This document shows, one piece after another, positions 8,842 to 18,475 of a stretch of 64,000 nucleotides of DNA (within the stretch, counting starts at the first letter, position 1; the number at the start of each line of letters is the position of its first letter). The notes below the pieces were generated by a model. That model was not told where the DNA came from, did not search any database, and saw only the letters and a program-made list of their open reading frames with translations. The stretch spans positions 1 through 64,000 of the IMG/VR virus record IMGVR_UViG_3300046171_000110. One strand, 5' to 3'. Made by a program: the position numbers and the translations under genes. The stretch is from a virus.

Positions 8842-9273
8842 ATGAAGAAAGAAGATTATGAAAAGCAAATACAAGAATTAAACGAGCAAGCATTGAGACT
8901 TGAAAAGACCATGCAGACATACCGTGATTTAGAGATAGCAAAGAAAAATTATCATGAGTTTACGACACATGTTTACAGTGATAAGTTCGGTGAAATACAT
9001 TGTATAGAAGTTATTTGTACCATCACTGGTGCTAACTATCTCATCGAACCTAAGACACCTATGCAATTGGAATTTCCAAACGACCCAAGATTGTTTGGCG
9101 ATTTAGCAGGTAAGAAACTCAAAGACATTGAGATAGAAGTCGACCAACCTTCTCAAGAAACCACAGAAACAGATGAGAAACCCCCACTTCCACTGGAAAG
9201 TAGTCTCGACCCAGATGGAACATACAAAGTAGATGTGTCGAGCATAATGAACAAAAGAAAACAAGAGGAATAA
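8842..9273 (+). CDS. Hypothetical protein with N-terminal coiled coil
   Basis: 143-aa ORF. Confidence 0.75.
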   Translation: MKKEDYEKQIQELNEQALRLEKTMQTYRDLEIAKKNYHEFTTHVYSDKFGEIHCIEVICTITGANYLIEPKTPMQLEFPNDPRLFGDLAGKKLKDIEIEVDQPSQETTETDEKPPLPLESSLDPDGTYKVDVSSIMNKRKQEE

Positions 9274-9275
9274 AT

Positions 9276-9491
9276 ATGAAAGCATCGGAAAAGATAAAAG
9301 AAATAGAAGATAATTTAGTAGCATACAAAGAATTACTAGACACACTAATAGATATGGAAATGATTTATGATAACATCGTAGATTGGGTTGATATTTACAA
9401 ACCACATCATATAGATATGGAATTGACTGAAGCAATTAGAGAAGTAGAAACTAAAATACAAGAGATAGAAGATAAATTGGAGAGGATATAA
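9276..9491 (+). CDS. Small acidic coiled-coil protein
   Basis: GAGGAATAAATATG junction. Confidence 0.7.
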   Translation: MKASEKIKEIEDNLVAYKELLDTLIDMEMIYDNIVDWVDIYKPHHIDMELTEAIREVETKIQEIEDKLERI

Positions 9492-9817
9492 TGAAAGTAA
9501 GAATGAATATAGGGGCAAGTTGCCCGACAGGAACGACCCAAGATTGGTCGGATAAAATAACCATAGAGATTGATGACAGCCTTGCACAAGACTTTGTGAG
9601 TAACATCATACAGTATGCGCTTGATGAATCAAGAGCAGACCACTGGCAAACACCAGACAGTTACACTGTAAGAGTGACCTACGAAACCACAGTGCATGGT
9701 TTCAATGCCGAAGAGATTGAAGAAGCAATTTGGGTAGGCTCACATGAAATTGGTAAACTTGAACATGGCGAAGAGATAAGAGCAGATGCAGTAGATGTAG
9801 AAATAGAGGAGGCTTGA
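9491..9817 (+). CDS. Hypothetical protein
   Basis: TAATG overlap; 108 aa. Confidence 0.75.
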   Translation: MKVRMNIGASCPTGTTQDWSDKITIEIDDSLAQDFVSNIIQYALDESRADHWQTPDSYTVRVTYETTVHGFNAEEIEEAIWVGSHEIGKLEHGEEIRADAVDVEIEEA

Positions 9818-10164
9818 AAATGAGAGGAACACATAAGAAATTAGGACAGTTAATAAAAGCATACGCAGAATTGATGGATGACGAGGAAACATTTTCCTTT
9901 GAGGCATTCGGCAAACCAAGAGAGGCTATGGTGACTATTGCTGACGACGGACTGATTGAAACAGTACAGACTTGGGATGGTGAAACGCAAATCTTCACAG
10001 CGTCGGGAGCCAAGAACTTCACACCGGAAGGTGCAGCACTGCGTTTAATCAAGATGATTATTGACAATGAAGAAGAACATACCGACCACACAAAGACATC
10101 AGAAGACTTCTACTCTTTCCTTGACACAGAGGAAGGGATGAGAATATGGTCAAAGGAGGAATAA
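9814..10164 (+). CDS. Hypothetical protein
   Basis: GAGGAGG SD; 116 aa (ATG at 9820 is an alternative start). Confidence 0.75.
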   Translation: MKMRGTHKKLGQLIKAYAELMDDEETFSFEAFGKPREAMVTIADDGLIETVQTWDGETQIFTASGAKNFTPEGAALRLIKMIIDNEEEHTDHTKTSEDFYSFLDTEEGMRIWSKEE

Positions 10165-10166
10165 GT

Positions 10167-10454
10167 TTGGCTAAACAACCCGGACCCGGACAGAGAATGT
10201 CCATTCATGCAAGGCAATTGGTCGACGAAATTGTCACCGCTGAGCCTAAATCAATTAATGTAATATTAGACGAAATGATAAGCATTGCTAAAGAAACAAA
10301 TAGAACTCTTGCTAACACAATACCTGCTAGAAGTGAGTTAGCAAAATATTTACCAAAAAATTACAACAGTGTAACCATAAGCAATAGGACTAATAAACCA
10401 GTTAAGAAAAAATCTAATTTTACAACCACTTACTATTTTAAACAGGAGGAATAA
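10167..10454 (+). CDS. Putative winged-helix DNA-binding protein; paralogue of 17687-17980
   Basis: TTG start after GGAGG; ILDE, IPxRxELxxY..NY and TxYY motifs shared with its paralogue. Confidence 0.6.
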   Translation: MAKQPGPGQRMSIHARQLVDEIVTAEPKSINVILDEMISIAKETNRTLANTIPARSELAKYLPKNYNSVTISNRTNKPVKKKSNFTTTYYFKQEE

Positions 10455-10456
10455 AT

Positions 10457-10603
10457 ATGGCAAGATATATACTGAAAGATTATGCAAGCGTGGAATACGA
10501 ATATGAAGAACCAAGGGTTTATACTTTCAAAAACAAAGACGAAGTGATAGCACAACTGTTATCCTTCCTCGGTGAAGACATGCACTATGAGGTGAAGAAA
10601 TGA
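10457..10603 (+). CDS. Small hypothetical protein
   Basis: Junction motif start; ATGA overlap. Confidence 0.55.
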   Translation: MARYILKDYASVEYEYEEPRVYTFKNKDEVIAQLLSFLGEDMHYEVKK

Positions 10604-10779
10604 CATACAACGATAAGATAATGGAAGACTTGAAACATGCAATCAAAGTTTGGAGTATGGTGTATTTGGTTGAGAAAGGGATTGACCCTCGACCTCACAT
10701 TACAAACTGTGTCGGTAAGATTGAAGTCACCATTGACCCAGTAGAGACAAGACGATTTGACAGAGGCGAAGAAGAATGA
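10600..10779 (+). CDS. Small hypothetical protein
   Basis: GAGGTGA SD; ATGA overlaps at both ends. Confidence 0.55.
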   Translation: MTYNDKIMEDLKHAIKVWSMVYLVEKGIDPRPHITNCVGKIEVTIDPVETRRFDRGEEE

Positions 10780-12778
10780 ATAACATGTTAGGAGAAGCAA
10801 TTGGAGTAGAAGTCTACAAAGACCAATACGGAGAGCGACTGGCTCTCAAGTACAAGTACAACCCGGACACCAATCAGATGCTCAAAGACTCGCTGGGCTT
10901 CCCTAAGTTCAAGTGGGATAGAGACATCAAGGCTTGGAGCATACAGAACAAGAAGTCAGTCGTCGATGAAGCAGTAGCAGTACTGAGAGTCATCGGCTCT
11001 TACGACATACAAGCACTACTCTCTCATGGCAACGGGCTACCGAAAGACGAAGGTCGTTCTGGTGACTGTTGGACAAAGGTCAAGCGTAGTCGTCTGTACT
11101 TACACTGGCCTTACATCAATGACCAGTCTCTTAGAGAAAGAGTCCTCATGTGTGTAAGAAGTATCAGTAGCCGCAAGTTCCATGTCGAAGAGAAGTGCTG
11201 GAGTATACCAGTAGCGCAAGCGAGAACGCTTCACGGTGTTCTTGAGGATGTCTACGAACCACTAGCCAAAGCAATCCTTGACAACAAGGATGTTGAGAAA
11301 GATGTTGCTGAGAGCATCAGTCGTGTAGAAATCAGTAGTGCATCCGAACTGACTTCTGAGAAACTGAAAGAAATAGATGACAAACTCAAGGGAAGTTCCC
11401 CGAAGGTCTTGACCTCTACCCATTCCAAAAGGTAGCAGTGGCATTCGCTGACATGAGTAAGGGCCGATGTTTGATTGGTGATGAAATGGGTATTGGAAAA
11501 ACAATTTCAGCAATTGGCTATGCCGCTATCAATCCACAAGCGAGACCTGCTGTTGTAGTCTGTCCGTCAAATGTAAAGTTCAATTGGAAAAAGGAACTGA
11601 ACAAGTGGTTACCCAATGAGACTGTACAGGTCATGACATCTGGTAAAGACAAGCCGGAGATGGGTGACTTCATCATTGTCAACTATGACTTGATGGACAA
11701 GTTACAAGAGAAACTAATCGGACTAGTTCCACGCATGGTCATCCTTGACGAATGCCACTACATCAAGAACTCTGGTAGTAAGAACAAGCCAGTCAAGCGT
11801 ACAGTGGCAACGCTCAACCTGTGTAAGTTCGCACCGAAGATTCTGGCACTGTCTGGTACAGCGATTGCTAGCCGACCAAAGGAGTTCTTCAACACACTCA
11901 ACTTGATGAGGCCCGAACAGTTCTCATCCTTCTGGGATTTCGCTCAGCGATACTGTGACCCATGGTATGATGGATGGGGCTGGAACTTCGACGGTGCTAG
12001 TTACACCCAAGAACTCAATGAGCGTACAAGAGACCTGTGTATCCGTAGACTCAAGAGTGAGGTACTTCCCGACCTACCACCAAAGACAAGGACATTCATC
12101 CCAGTACATCTGTCCAAGAAAGACAGAAGTCCCTATGACATTGCTCAAGAAGAGTGGGATAGAAGAATCGAAGAAGCCTATGTCAACGGTGAGAAGTTAC
12201 CACCGGGTACCATGCTCAACATGCTGAACGACCTCAGACACATCTGTGGTCAAGTCAAAGTCAACTACGCAGTTGACTGGATAAAGCAATACCGTGAACA
12301 GACAGGAAAGCCAATCGTAGTCTTCACACACCACAGAGATGTTCTCAAACGAATCGCTGACAAATTTACCAATGTACAAATCATCAGTGGTGATGTATCA
12401 TCTAAGAGACGACAAGAGATAGTCGACGACTTCCAAGAAGGTCATGTCGATGTATTGGTCTGTAACACCATTGCTGCGAAGGAAGGTATCACTCTCACTA
12501 GAGCAGACACAGTTCTGTTCATCGAAAGAGAATGGGTACCTACTGACGAAGAGCAAGCCGAAGACCGTGTCTATCGTATTGGTCAAGAGAGTCAGCATGT
12601 ACACGCTGTCTACCTCAGTGTAGCAGCAAGTATTGACGAACACTTTGACAGAGTAGTTGAACAGAAGCGAGCCGTTGTCAAGGCTGTCCTTGACGGTGGA
12701 GACGCAGAACAACGACAAGGACTAGTGTCCGAACTTGTTAAGAAACTCAGACAAGAAAGAGGCTGGAGGTTCAAGTAA
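10776..12778 (+). CDS. SNF2-family helicase with two N-terminal HARP-like domains; frameshift near 11391
   Basis: KWDRDIKAWSI and KFHVEEKCWSIP repeats; after a one-base shift, LYPFQ (Q motif), GDEMGIGKT, DECH, LSGT, EGITLT and QAEDRVYRIGQ. Confidence 0.85.
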
Positions 12779-13032
12779 TGATAGACTTTAGCGAAGTGGG
12801 AACGATTGTAGTGCACCAAGTATTACAAACCCCTTGTCTACAGTTCTTGCCCCATGAAGGTAAGACTGTCGAGGATATGTTACAAGTGCTGGATGCCGGA
12901 CTCGCCAGAATGAATGATGATAGTGATGATAAGAAGCACAGAGGAATACTACTCAATAGAGAGAAATACAAAGCGTTTGGTAAAGAGTTACCAATACCAT
13001 GTGTATTCATATTTGAGGAGGAACAAGAATGA
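12778..13032 (+). CDS. Hypothetical protein
   Basis: TAATG overlap; 84 aa. Confidence 0.7.
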   Translation: MIDFSEVGTIVVHQVLQTPCLQFLPHEGKTVEDMLQVLDAGLARMNDDSDDKKHRGILLNREKYKAFGKELPIPCVFIFEEEQE

Positions 13033-13397
13033 CTGATAAAATTGACATAGAAGACATACAGAACAATGACGACCCTTACTGGTATAATAATCTCAAAGGA
13101 ATGCTTGGTATGCTCGACCAGATTATCAGACTATACGGCAGCGATGAAGAAAAACTCAAAGAAATGGCTGGTAATTTCATTTGGAAACTGACACAGTTCA
13201 ACTTACCATTTGACACCGAGGCCAGACACGAAAATGAGTTTGAGCGATGCGGCACCTTTCCTAAGTGGGCAGGTAAACCTAGTATCAGCCACTTGATTGC
13301 TGAGGCTTACCCTAGAGAAACTAGTCAAACTCGATTGTGGGATAAGCAACGCCAATCTGTCCAAGTTGTTGACGAAGATTCTTCTCTTGAAGATTGA
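13029..13397 (+). CDS. Hypothetical protein
   Basis: ATGA overlap; the 3' end overlaps the convergent kinase-like gene. Confidence 0.65.
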   Translation: MTDKIDIEDIQNNDDPYWYNNLKGMLGMLDQIIRLYGSDEEKLKEMAGNFIWKLTQFNLPFDTEARHENEFERCGTFPKWAGKPSISHLIAEAYPRETSQTRLWDKQRQSVQVVDEDSSLED

Positions 13398-14157
13398 GTC
13401 CTCTATCCATTGGCGCTACTTGCCTTGGGGTAAAGTCCTCAGCCGATTCTATGTAAGGGTCAACAAATTCATGAAACGGCAATTCTTCTAATTTACGAGC
13501 AAACCTTTCTGTTTGTTCCTCTGGTATCTGATAATCAATGCCTAATCTTCTAGGTACGCCTCTTGCTTCTAAGAACTGGTTAAGAACCTCTTGAGGCACA
13601 TTAGTTGGATTTCTGGCACCGTAGAACATCGGGTCATGGATAACTGCTTGGCCGACCCTTGAAGGGTCATCAGTTATACTTCTAACATCCAACCCCCTAG
13701 TTGGTTGGGTCATCATCCAATTACGAGGACCAATGTCAGCCAAACCCAAACCCTCTAGCATTTGAGCCTGTGGGTAATTATCGAAGACGGCACCCGCTAG
13801 TTCTTTACCACGCTGAATATCTCCTTCACCCTCTTGTAGTGGCTCTCCTCTTTCTTGAGTCGACAAAACATTGGGAGTCCCTATACCTCTCCCTTCAAAA
13901 GTAGACAAGGCTTCTAATGGCAAGTCCATAGTTTGTCTTATTGGTCTTTGACTAGCGAATAAATTAGGGTACATAGTCGCTAATCTATTTAATAAATACA
14001 TGTCATTAAGTGTCATACCATGACCTACTTTGGTAACATCAGGGTCTTCACCCATACCGTAAACCATTTGATTCGCCCCTTCCCCAATCAATTTACCTTG
14101 ACTGGGTTGAAAGACAGACTTGAGCAACAACCATGCTTGCTCAAAAGCCCCCGACAT
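13321..14157 (-). CDS. Divergent protein-kinase-like fold protein with N-terminal AFxxAWxLLKS peptide
   Basis: IGEGANQMVY (Gly loop), VTKV (Lys), LADIGPRNW (catalytic DxxxxN) and VIHD (Mg-binding Asp), in kinase order. Confidence 0.65.
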   Translation of the reverse strand: MSGAFEQAWLLLKSVFQPSQGKLIGEGANQMVYGMGEDPDVTKVGHGMTLNDMYLLNRLATMYPNLFASQRPIRQTMDLPLEALSTFEGRGIGTPNVLSTQERGEPLQEGEGDIQRGKELAGAVFDNYPQAQMLEGLGLADIGPRNWMMTQPTRGLDVRSITDDPSRVGQAVIHDPMFYGARNPTNVPQEVLNQFLEARGVPRRLGIDYQIPEEQTERFARKLEELPFHEFVDPYIESAEDFTPRQVAPMDRGLNLQEKNLRQQLGQIGVAYPTIEFD

Positions 14158-14216
14158 AATATTCCGACTGAGCCGTTTGGCTTAGTATTTGTGCTTTGGT
14201 TTCGGCCACCAAAGTA

Positions 14217-14241
14217 CTTCTTTTATAAAGGTCCTAAGAAG
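14217..14241 (+). promoter_or_regulatory. Conserved viral promoter, copy 3
   Basis: CTTCTTTTATAAAGGTCCTAAGAAG upstream of the DUF932 operon. Confidence 0.75.
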
Positions 14242-14309
14242 ATATATGGCACCTTTCGGAAAAAACCAGCCGAATAAATAAGAAAAGTAATAAACAGAAA
14301 ACAAGAGGA

Positions 14310-15788
14310 ATGAATATGAACGAAATAGTATTGATAGGAAAAATAACAGGAAGCACACCGAACATAATTGAAATGGAGTATCCGTCTGTAGCGGGTATCA
14401 ATTCAATCAGACTACCAAGAACAATGGTCGCTCGCTTTGAGCGCATTGAAGGCGGTAGAGTAGCGGTGTTAGTAAGACCAGACGATAGCAACAAGGGACA
14501 AGAACTCAACCGTGAGTTGATTTCACAGAACGCCCCACTACATGTAACCAGTGAACACATGGACATCGTCATGGCCTTTGAGAACAATGAAAGCATCAGC
14601 GTAGATGCTGACTTCGATGACGAAGTACCAGTCTGGGCTAACCAAGATACACCTAGTGTAGAAGTTGGCGGAGAAGCAGTGGGTCCGTTTGACAACATGC
14701 TGTTCTCTGGTGGAAGAAAAGAGAAGGCGACTATGGATTGGGACTTCGACCCAGTTCGCAAGCCAGCCTTTGTGATGGTAGATGACGGTAGCCAAAGCAC
14801 AGTTGCTAGAGTCAACGGTGCGAATGGTGAGCCATCGGCCTACCACATCTTCAATCCGAACTACGCTAGTGACAGTAGACCAATGGGTGCTCACTTAGGA
14901 ACATTCAGCGCATCTTACTACCCAATGCCTTACCGTGTTGGCTATGGCCCTGTATTGGACATGGCCGCTGAGAAGGGTTGGCCAGCACAAGTAATGGCAT
15001 GGAACGAAGGAAAGCAATCGGCTCTCTTCCTTGATGTGTCTAGCAATGTTGACTGGGAGAAAGCAAGTCACAGACTAGGTACCAACTGGCAAACCAGAGG
15101 CTTTGCTAACAACGGTGACTACAGAGTGGGTATCGCAATCTACAACAGCCTAGATGGCAGTAGTGCTTACAAAGTACAAGCCATTGCTGAGCGATTGGTA
15201 TGTACCAATGGTATGGTCATGGGTGACAGAGCAAATCTAATCAGTCTCAAGCACACCAACGGTGTCTTAGGCAACTTCGATTTCAGCAAATTGGCTGACA
15301 GAATACACGAAGTGATTGCGACAGCGGCTGAGGAGATACTTGTAGCGGAATCGATGAGAGACATTCAAGTCGACAGGAACATGTTTGAGAAACTCATGAC
15401 CATTTGTGAGCGAAAGGGATTGATTACCAAGCCACAAATCAAGCGTGACGACACTGGTAATGTAGTCGGTATCAACAGAGGCCACATGTGGAGACTAATG
15501 GGACAAGGATGGACTAACCCAAGCGAGCCTTGGGTTGCTGTCAACAATCAAGACAGTGGTTCTCTACTCCATGTATATAACATCTTGACTGGTGCTATCA
15601 CACACAAGCCAACTTGGACTGATGGTAAGGACACACTGACTGGTTCTACACTCAACTTCTCTACACTAACAGACAGACTACAGACAGTTCACAAGGTACT
15701 TGGTGACATGACTCGTAAAGCAGTCAATGGTACCTCAATCGATGCGCAACTATCAAAGGTCCCAATGTTCAGCGAGATTCTATACTGA
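14310..15788 (+). CDS. DUF932/DUF945-family protein with N-terminal extension
   Basis: IYNSLDGSSA...RLVCTNGM...KHT signature. Confidence 0.8.
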   Translation: MNMNEIVLIGKITGSTPNIIEMEYPSVAGINSIRLPRTMVARFERIEGGRVAVLVRPDDSNKGQELNRELISQNAPLHVTSEHMDIVMAFENNESISVDADFDDEVPVWANQDTPSVEVGGEAVGPFDNMLFSGGRKEKATMDWDFDPVRKPAFVMVDDGSQSTVARVNGANGEPSAYHIFNPNYASDSRPMGAHLGTFSASYYPMPYRVGYGPVLDMAAEKGWPAQVMAWNEGKQSALFLDVSSNVDWEKASHRLGTNWQTRGFANNGDYRVGIAIYNSLDGSSAYKVQAIAERLVCTNGMVMGDRANLISLKHTNGVLGNFDFSKLADRIHEVIATAAEEILVAESMRDIQVDRNMFEKLMTICERKGLITKPQIKRDDTGNVVGINRGHMWRLMGQGWTNPSEPWVAVNNQDSGSLLHVYNILTGAITHKPTWTDGKDTLTGSTLNFSTLTDRLQTVHKVLGDMTRKAVNGTSIDAQLSKVPMFSEILY

Positions 15789-15800
15789 GGTGAATTGAAT

Positions 15801-15932
15801 ATGGACATGCAAGAAGTATTTGATAGAGTGAAAAAGGCCAGAAATATATTGTTGTTTGATAGAAACTTATACAAGGCACATGACTTGTTGGTTGACATAC
15901 TAAATGACATGCAAAAAGAATTGGAGGATTAA
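15801..15932 (+). CDS. Microprotein, 43 aa
   Basis: GAGGTGA SD; fills the operon gap. Confidence 0.5.
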   Translation: MDMQEVFDRVKKARNILLFDRNLYKAHDLLVDILNDMQKELED

Positions 15933-15934
15933 AC

Positions 15935-16642
15935 ATGAACGAAGAAACACCAGAAGAAGCAGTGAAAGTAATACTAGAACGAATGAGAGAGGGCGGCCTC
16001 TGGCAACCGCATGGCTTAGGATTATCCTATGTCAAAGAAGGTGACCGGACTGTCAAACTTATCTCACAAGAGAACACACCCATGAGTGCACAAGCCAGAA
16101 TCCGTATGAGGATGTTGGTTGAGAGCATTGATTGGCTTGTAGACGAGAGCATCTGTGAACTGATAGATGTAGAACATCTGTCTCTTGAAGAGAAGCACAT
16201 CAAAGAGATGATGATGCGTCAAGAGATGGCACAGGGCTGGAAGTGTTCCTGTGGTACTCCATTGTCAGCCTTCCCACTTGAGGAAGGTGTATGGAAACAC
16301 GAAGGTCAGCAAGAGATGGTTCTACCTACAGGAGAGAAAGAGATGGTTGAACAGTGGCATGTATTGATTCAGTGTCCTACTTGTGATGCCGAGATACCTA
16401 CTGACCCATATGATTACGGTCTACTGGCAGGTGATGAGTCAATGCTCGTTTACAATACTGGTAAGGTTACATACACTGCTGTCGACAGACCTGCTATCAT
16501 TGATAGGGTTGACAATAAACTAGCGGAATCGATGATAATACTGGGTACATTTTGTCCGTTCAACGGTGACCTACTACCTCCTCATGTCAGAGGGGCGGTT
16601 GTTACTTTCAGAGAAACAAAAGAAACAGGTGAAGAAGAATGA
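15935..16642 (+). CDS. Zn-ribbon-containing hypothetical protein
   Basis: WKCSCG...QCPTCD. Confidence 0.8.
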   Translation: MNEETPEEAVKVILERMREGGLWQPHGLGLSYVKEGDRTVKLISQENTPMSAQARIRMRMLVESIDWLVDESICELIDVEHLSLEEKHIKEMMMRQEMAQGWKCSCGTPLSAFPLEEGVWKHEGQQEMVLPTGEKEMVEQWHVLIQCPTCDAEIPTDPYDYGLLAGDESMLVYNTGKVTYTAVDRPAIIDRVDNKLAESMIILGTFCPFNGDLLPPHVRGAVVTFRETKETGEEE

Positions 16643-16956
16643 ATATAGAAATGATACAATTAGGGGATGAGATAATGCGAGTGTTGGTCGTTGACAAAGA
16701 CACTCCCAAACAAGCGTGTGAAAACTGCGGGCAACCTTGCTACAACCATGAACTACTAGCCAAGGAAGACTCAGACTGGTGCATGAACTGTAACGATGAA
16801 GAGTACAGGGCGGGCTGGTCTGACAGAGAGATTGGTGTCTGGTGCATAGAGCAAATGGCTAAGGGACTCGCTGTGGCAGTTGTCTTGTCACAAGAGACAT
16901 GGAGGAATAGATATGAACATATTTGTATTAGACGAAGACCCAGCGCAAGCCGCTAG
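16639..16956 (+). CDS. Zn-finger protein
   Basis: CENCGQPC...WCMNC. Confidence 0.7.
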   Translation: MNIEMIQLGDEIMRVLVVDKDTPKQACENCGQPCYNHELLAKEDSDWCMNCNDEEYRAGWSDREIGVWCIEQMAKGLAVAVVLSQETWRNRYEHICIRRRPSASR

Positions 16957-17428
16957 ATACCTAGACGATGTTAGACTACCCAAGATGTGTGTAGAGTCAG
17001 CACAGATGATGGCATCAGCCTTGCGTAGACATGGTGCTACTGATGAGCAGATGCCTCTGACTAAGAAAGGAACGCCTTACATTGGTGGTTACAAGCATCA
17101 CCCATGTACAGTATGGGCTGGCGACAGTCGCTGCAATTTTGTATGGCTTGCTCTACATGCAATCGAACAATGCAAGGAATACACTCGAAGGTTTGGTAAA
17201 GAACATGCTTGTTCTGGCCCAATCAATCACATGGCTCGAATGTATAGTACTGCTAAGTTTGAAGAGAACTACATGACACCATTTGCACAGGCTATGCCAG
17301 ACGAATACAAATCCGATGATGATGTAGTCAAAGCCTACAGGTCTTACTACAAGTCTAAGGAATACAGCAAGGGCGGGGTGCGTTATATGCGTACTGATGT
17401 TCCTACTTGGTGGGAGGTGACAGCGTGA
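16913..17428 (+). CDS. denV: Pyrimidine-dimer DNA glycosylase / T4 endonuclease V-like protein
   Basis: MNIFVLD, KMCVESAQM, HHPCTVW, EYTRRFGKEH, FAQAMPDEY and AYRSYY. Confidence 0.8.
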   Translation: MNIFVLDEDPAQAARYLDDVRLPKMCVESAQMMASALRRHGATDEQMPLTKKGTPYIGGYKHHPCTVWAGDSRCNFVWLALHAIEQCKEYTRRFGKEHACSGPINHMARMYSTAKFEENYMTPFAQAMPDEYKSDDDVVKAYRSYYKSKEYSKGGVRYMRTDVPTWWEVTA

Positions 17429-17535
17429 AAGAGTTTCCATTATCACTACTACTGTGCAAGGTGGGTAAGTGCGATGGTAAGAATGCAATTGCACCCGAAC
17501 TCCCTTGTCCTCACTGCGTGGAGGTGACGGTGTGA
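17425..17535 (+). CDS. Cys-rich microprotein, 36 aa
   Basis: GTGA overlap; GGAGGTGA SD; CxxxxC...CPHC. Confidence 0.5.
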   Translation: MKEFPLSLLLCKVGKCDGKNAIAPELPCPHCVEVTV

Positions 17536-17687
17536 ATCGCTACAGTTTACAAGATTTAGATTGGCTTGCTAGTGAGCACATGGATTGCATTAAGTGGGAC
17601 ATAGATGGTCCTGTTGAAATGCAATTAGTATTTGGTCGTGATGGTAAAATAAAGTGCGCTTGTTGTGGCGTGGAGGTGACGGAGTAA
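17532..17687 (+). CDS. Small Cys-containing protein
   Basis: GTGA overlap; GGAGGTGA SD. Confidence 0.55.
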   Translation: MNRYSLQDLDWLASEHMDCIKWDIDGPVEMQLVFGRDGKIKCACCGVEVTE

Positions 17688-17980
17688 TGGCACACATCAA
17701 ATCCATGAGTGAAACCGCTAAGAAATATATCGACATCATCATGAGTGACGGTAAGGTTCGTAATGCTGGACAGATACTTGATGAGTTATATAAAAGTAGA
17801 AAGCACAGTACTAACAGATACATACCGACGAGAGGTGAATTGAAAGACTACATGCACAGGAACTATTCAAGTGAGGTTAGGAGAGAAAGACACCCGTTGT
17901 CGCTATCTGACATGGATAGCAAAACGACGAGAGTAACATATTATTGGAGGGAAATGAATGAGAAAAATACACATAGTTGA
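17687..17980 (+). CDS. Putative winged-helix DNA-binding protein; paralogue of 10167-10454
   Basis: QILDEL, IPTRGELKDYMHRNY and VTYYW. Confidence 0.65.
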   Translation: MAHIKSMSETAKKYIDIIMSDGKVRNAGQILDELYKSRKHSTNRYIPTRGELKDYMHRNYSSEVRRERHPLSLSDMDSKTTRVTYYWREMNEKNTHS

Positions 17981-18200
17981 ATCAGCAGATGGAGAAACTG
18001 AATACGAAGTGTTCTGTAAAGAATGTCACCCAGACGGTGAAGTCTGTTGTGACAGGTGCTTACACTACAACGGCTTCGAGATACCATGCAAAGCATGTAT
18101 CGGTGAGGAAGAAGAATACGACAACCTATGCTCTGATTGTAAGGTAGAAGTGGATGGCGTTATCGCTGACAGATACTGGATAGCACATGGTGAGTTGTGA
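17958..18200 (+). CDS. Multi-CxxC Zn-finger protein
   Basis: Four CxxC motifs in 80 aa. Confidence 0.7.
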   Translation: MRKIHIVESADGETEYEVFCKECHPDGEVCCDRCLHYNGFEIPCKACIGEEEEYDNLCSDCKVEVDGVIADRYWIAHGEL

Positions 18201-18475
18201 TGGCAAGAGGATTCGAGCAAACGATTCGTTGGCGAGTGCCATGCACTTCTGTCAGATGGCGGGGCAAGGCCGAGGTAGTCATGAGTGTGGCTGACCCGAT
18301 TGGCAACAGTCCTGCTATGATTGACATCAGAACCAGAAGAACAATCGAACATCACAAAGGCGAGGGCTTTACGAAAGAGGGCGTAAGGCTAACACAGGAA
18401 GATGCAATGAGTCTAGCCAAAGCATTACTACATACCCTCGAAGAACTGAGGGAAACAGATGACAAAAATAAGTGA
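18197..18475 (+). CDS. PC4/YdbC-like ssDNA-binding protein
   Basis: IDIR...FTKEGVRLT followed by a helix, typical of the PC4 fold. Confidence 0.7.
   Translation: MMARGFEQTIRWRVPCTSVRWRGKAEVVMSVADPIGNSPAMIDIRTRRTIEHHKGEGFTKEGVRLTQEDAMSLAKALLHTLEELRETDDKNK

Noticed and set aside
11388-11395. Programmed frameshift in the SNF2 gene
   Set aside because: No canonical slippery heptamer; one missing base in a G or A run fits a sequencing error, given the other indels in the window.
14234-14815. 193-aa minus-strand ORF
   Set aside because: Antisense shadow of the DUF932 gene.
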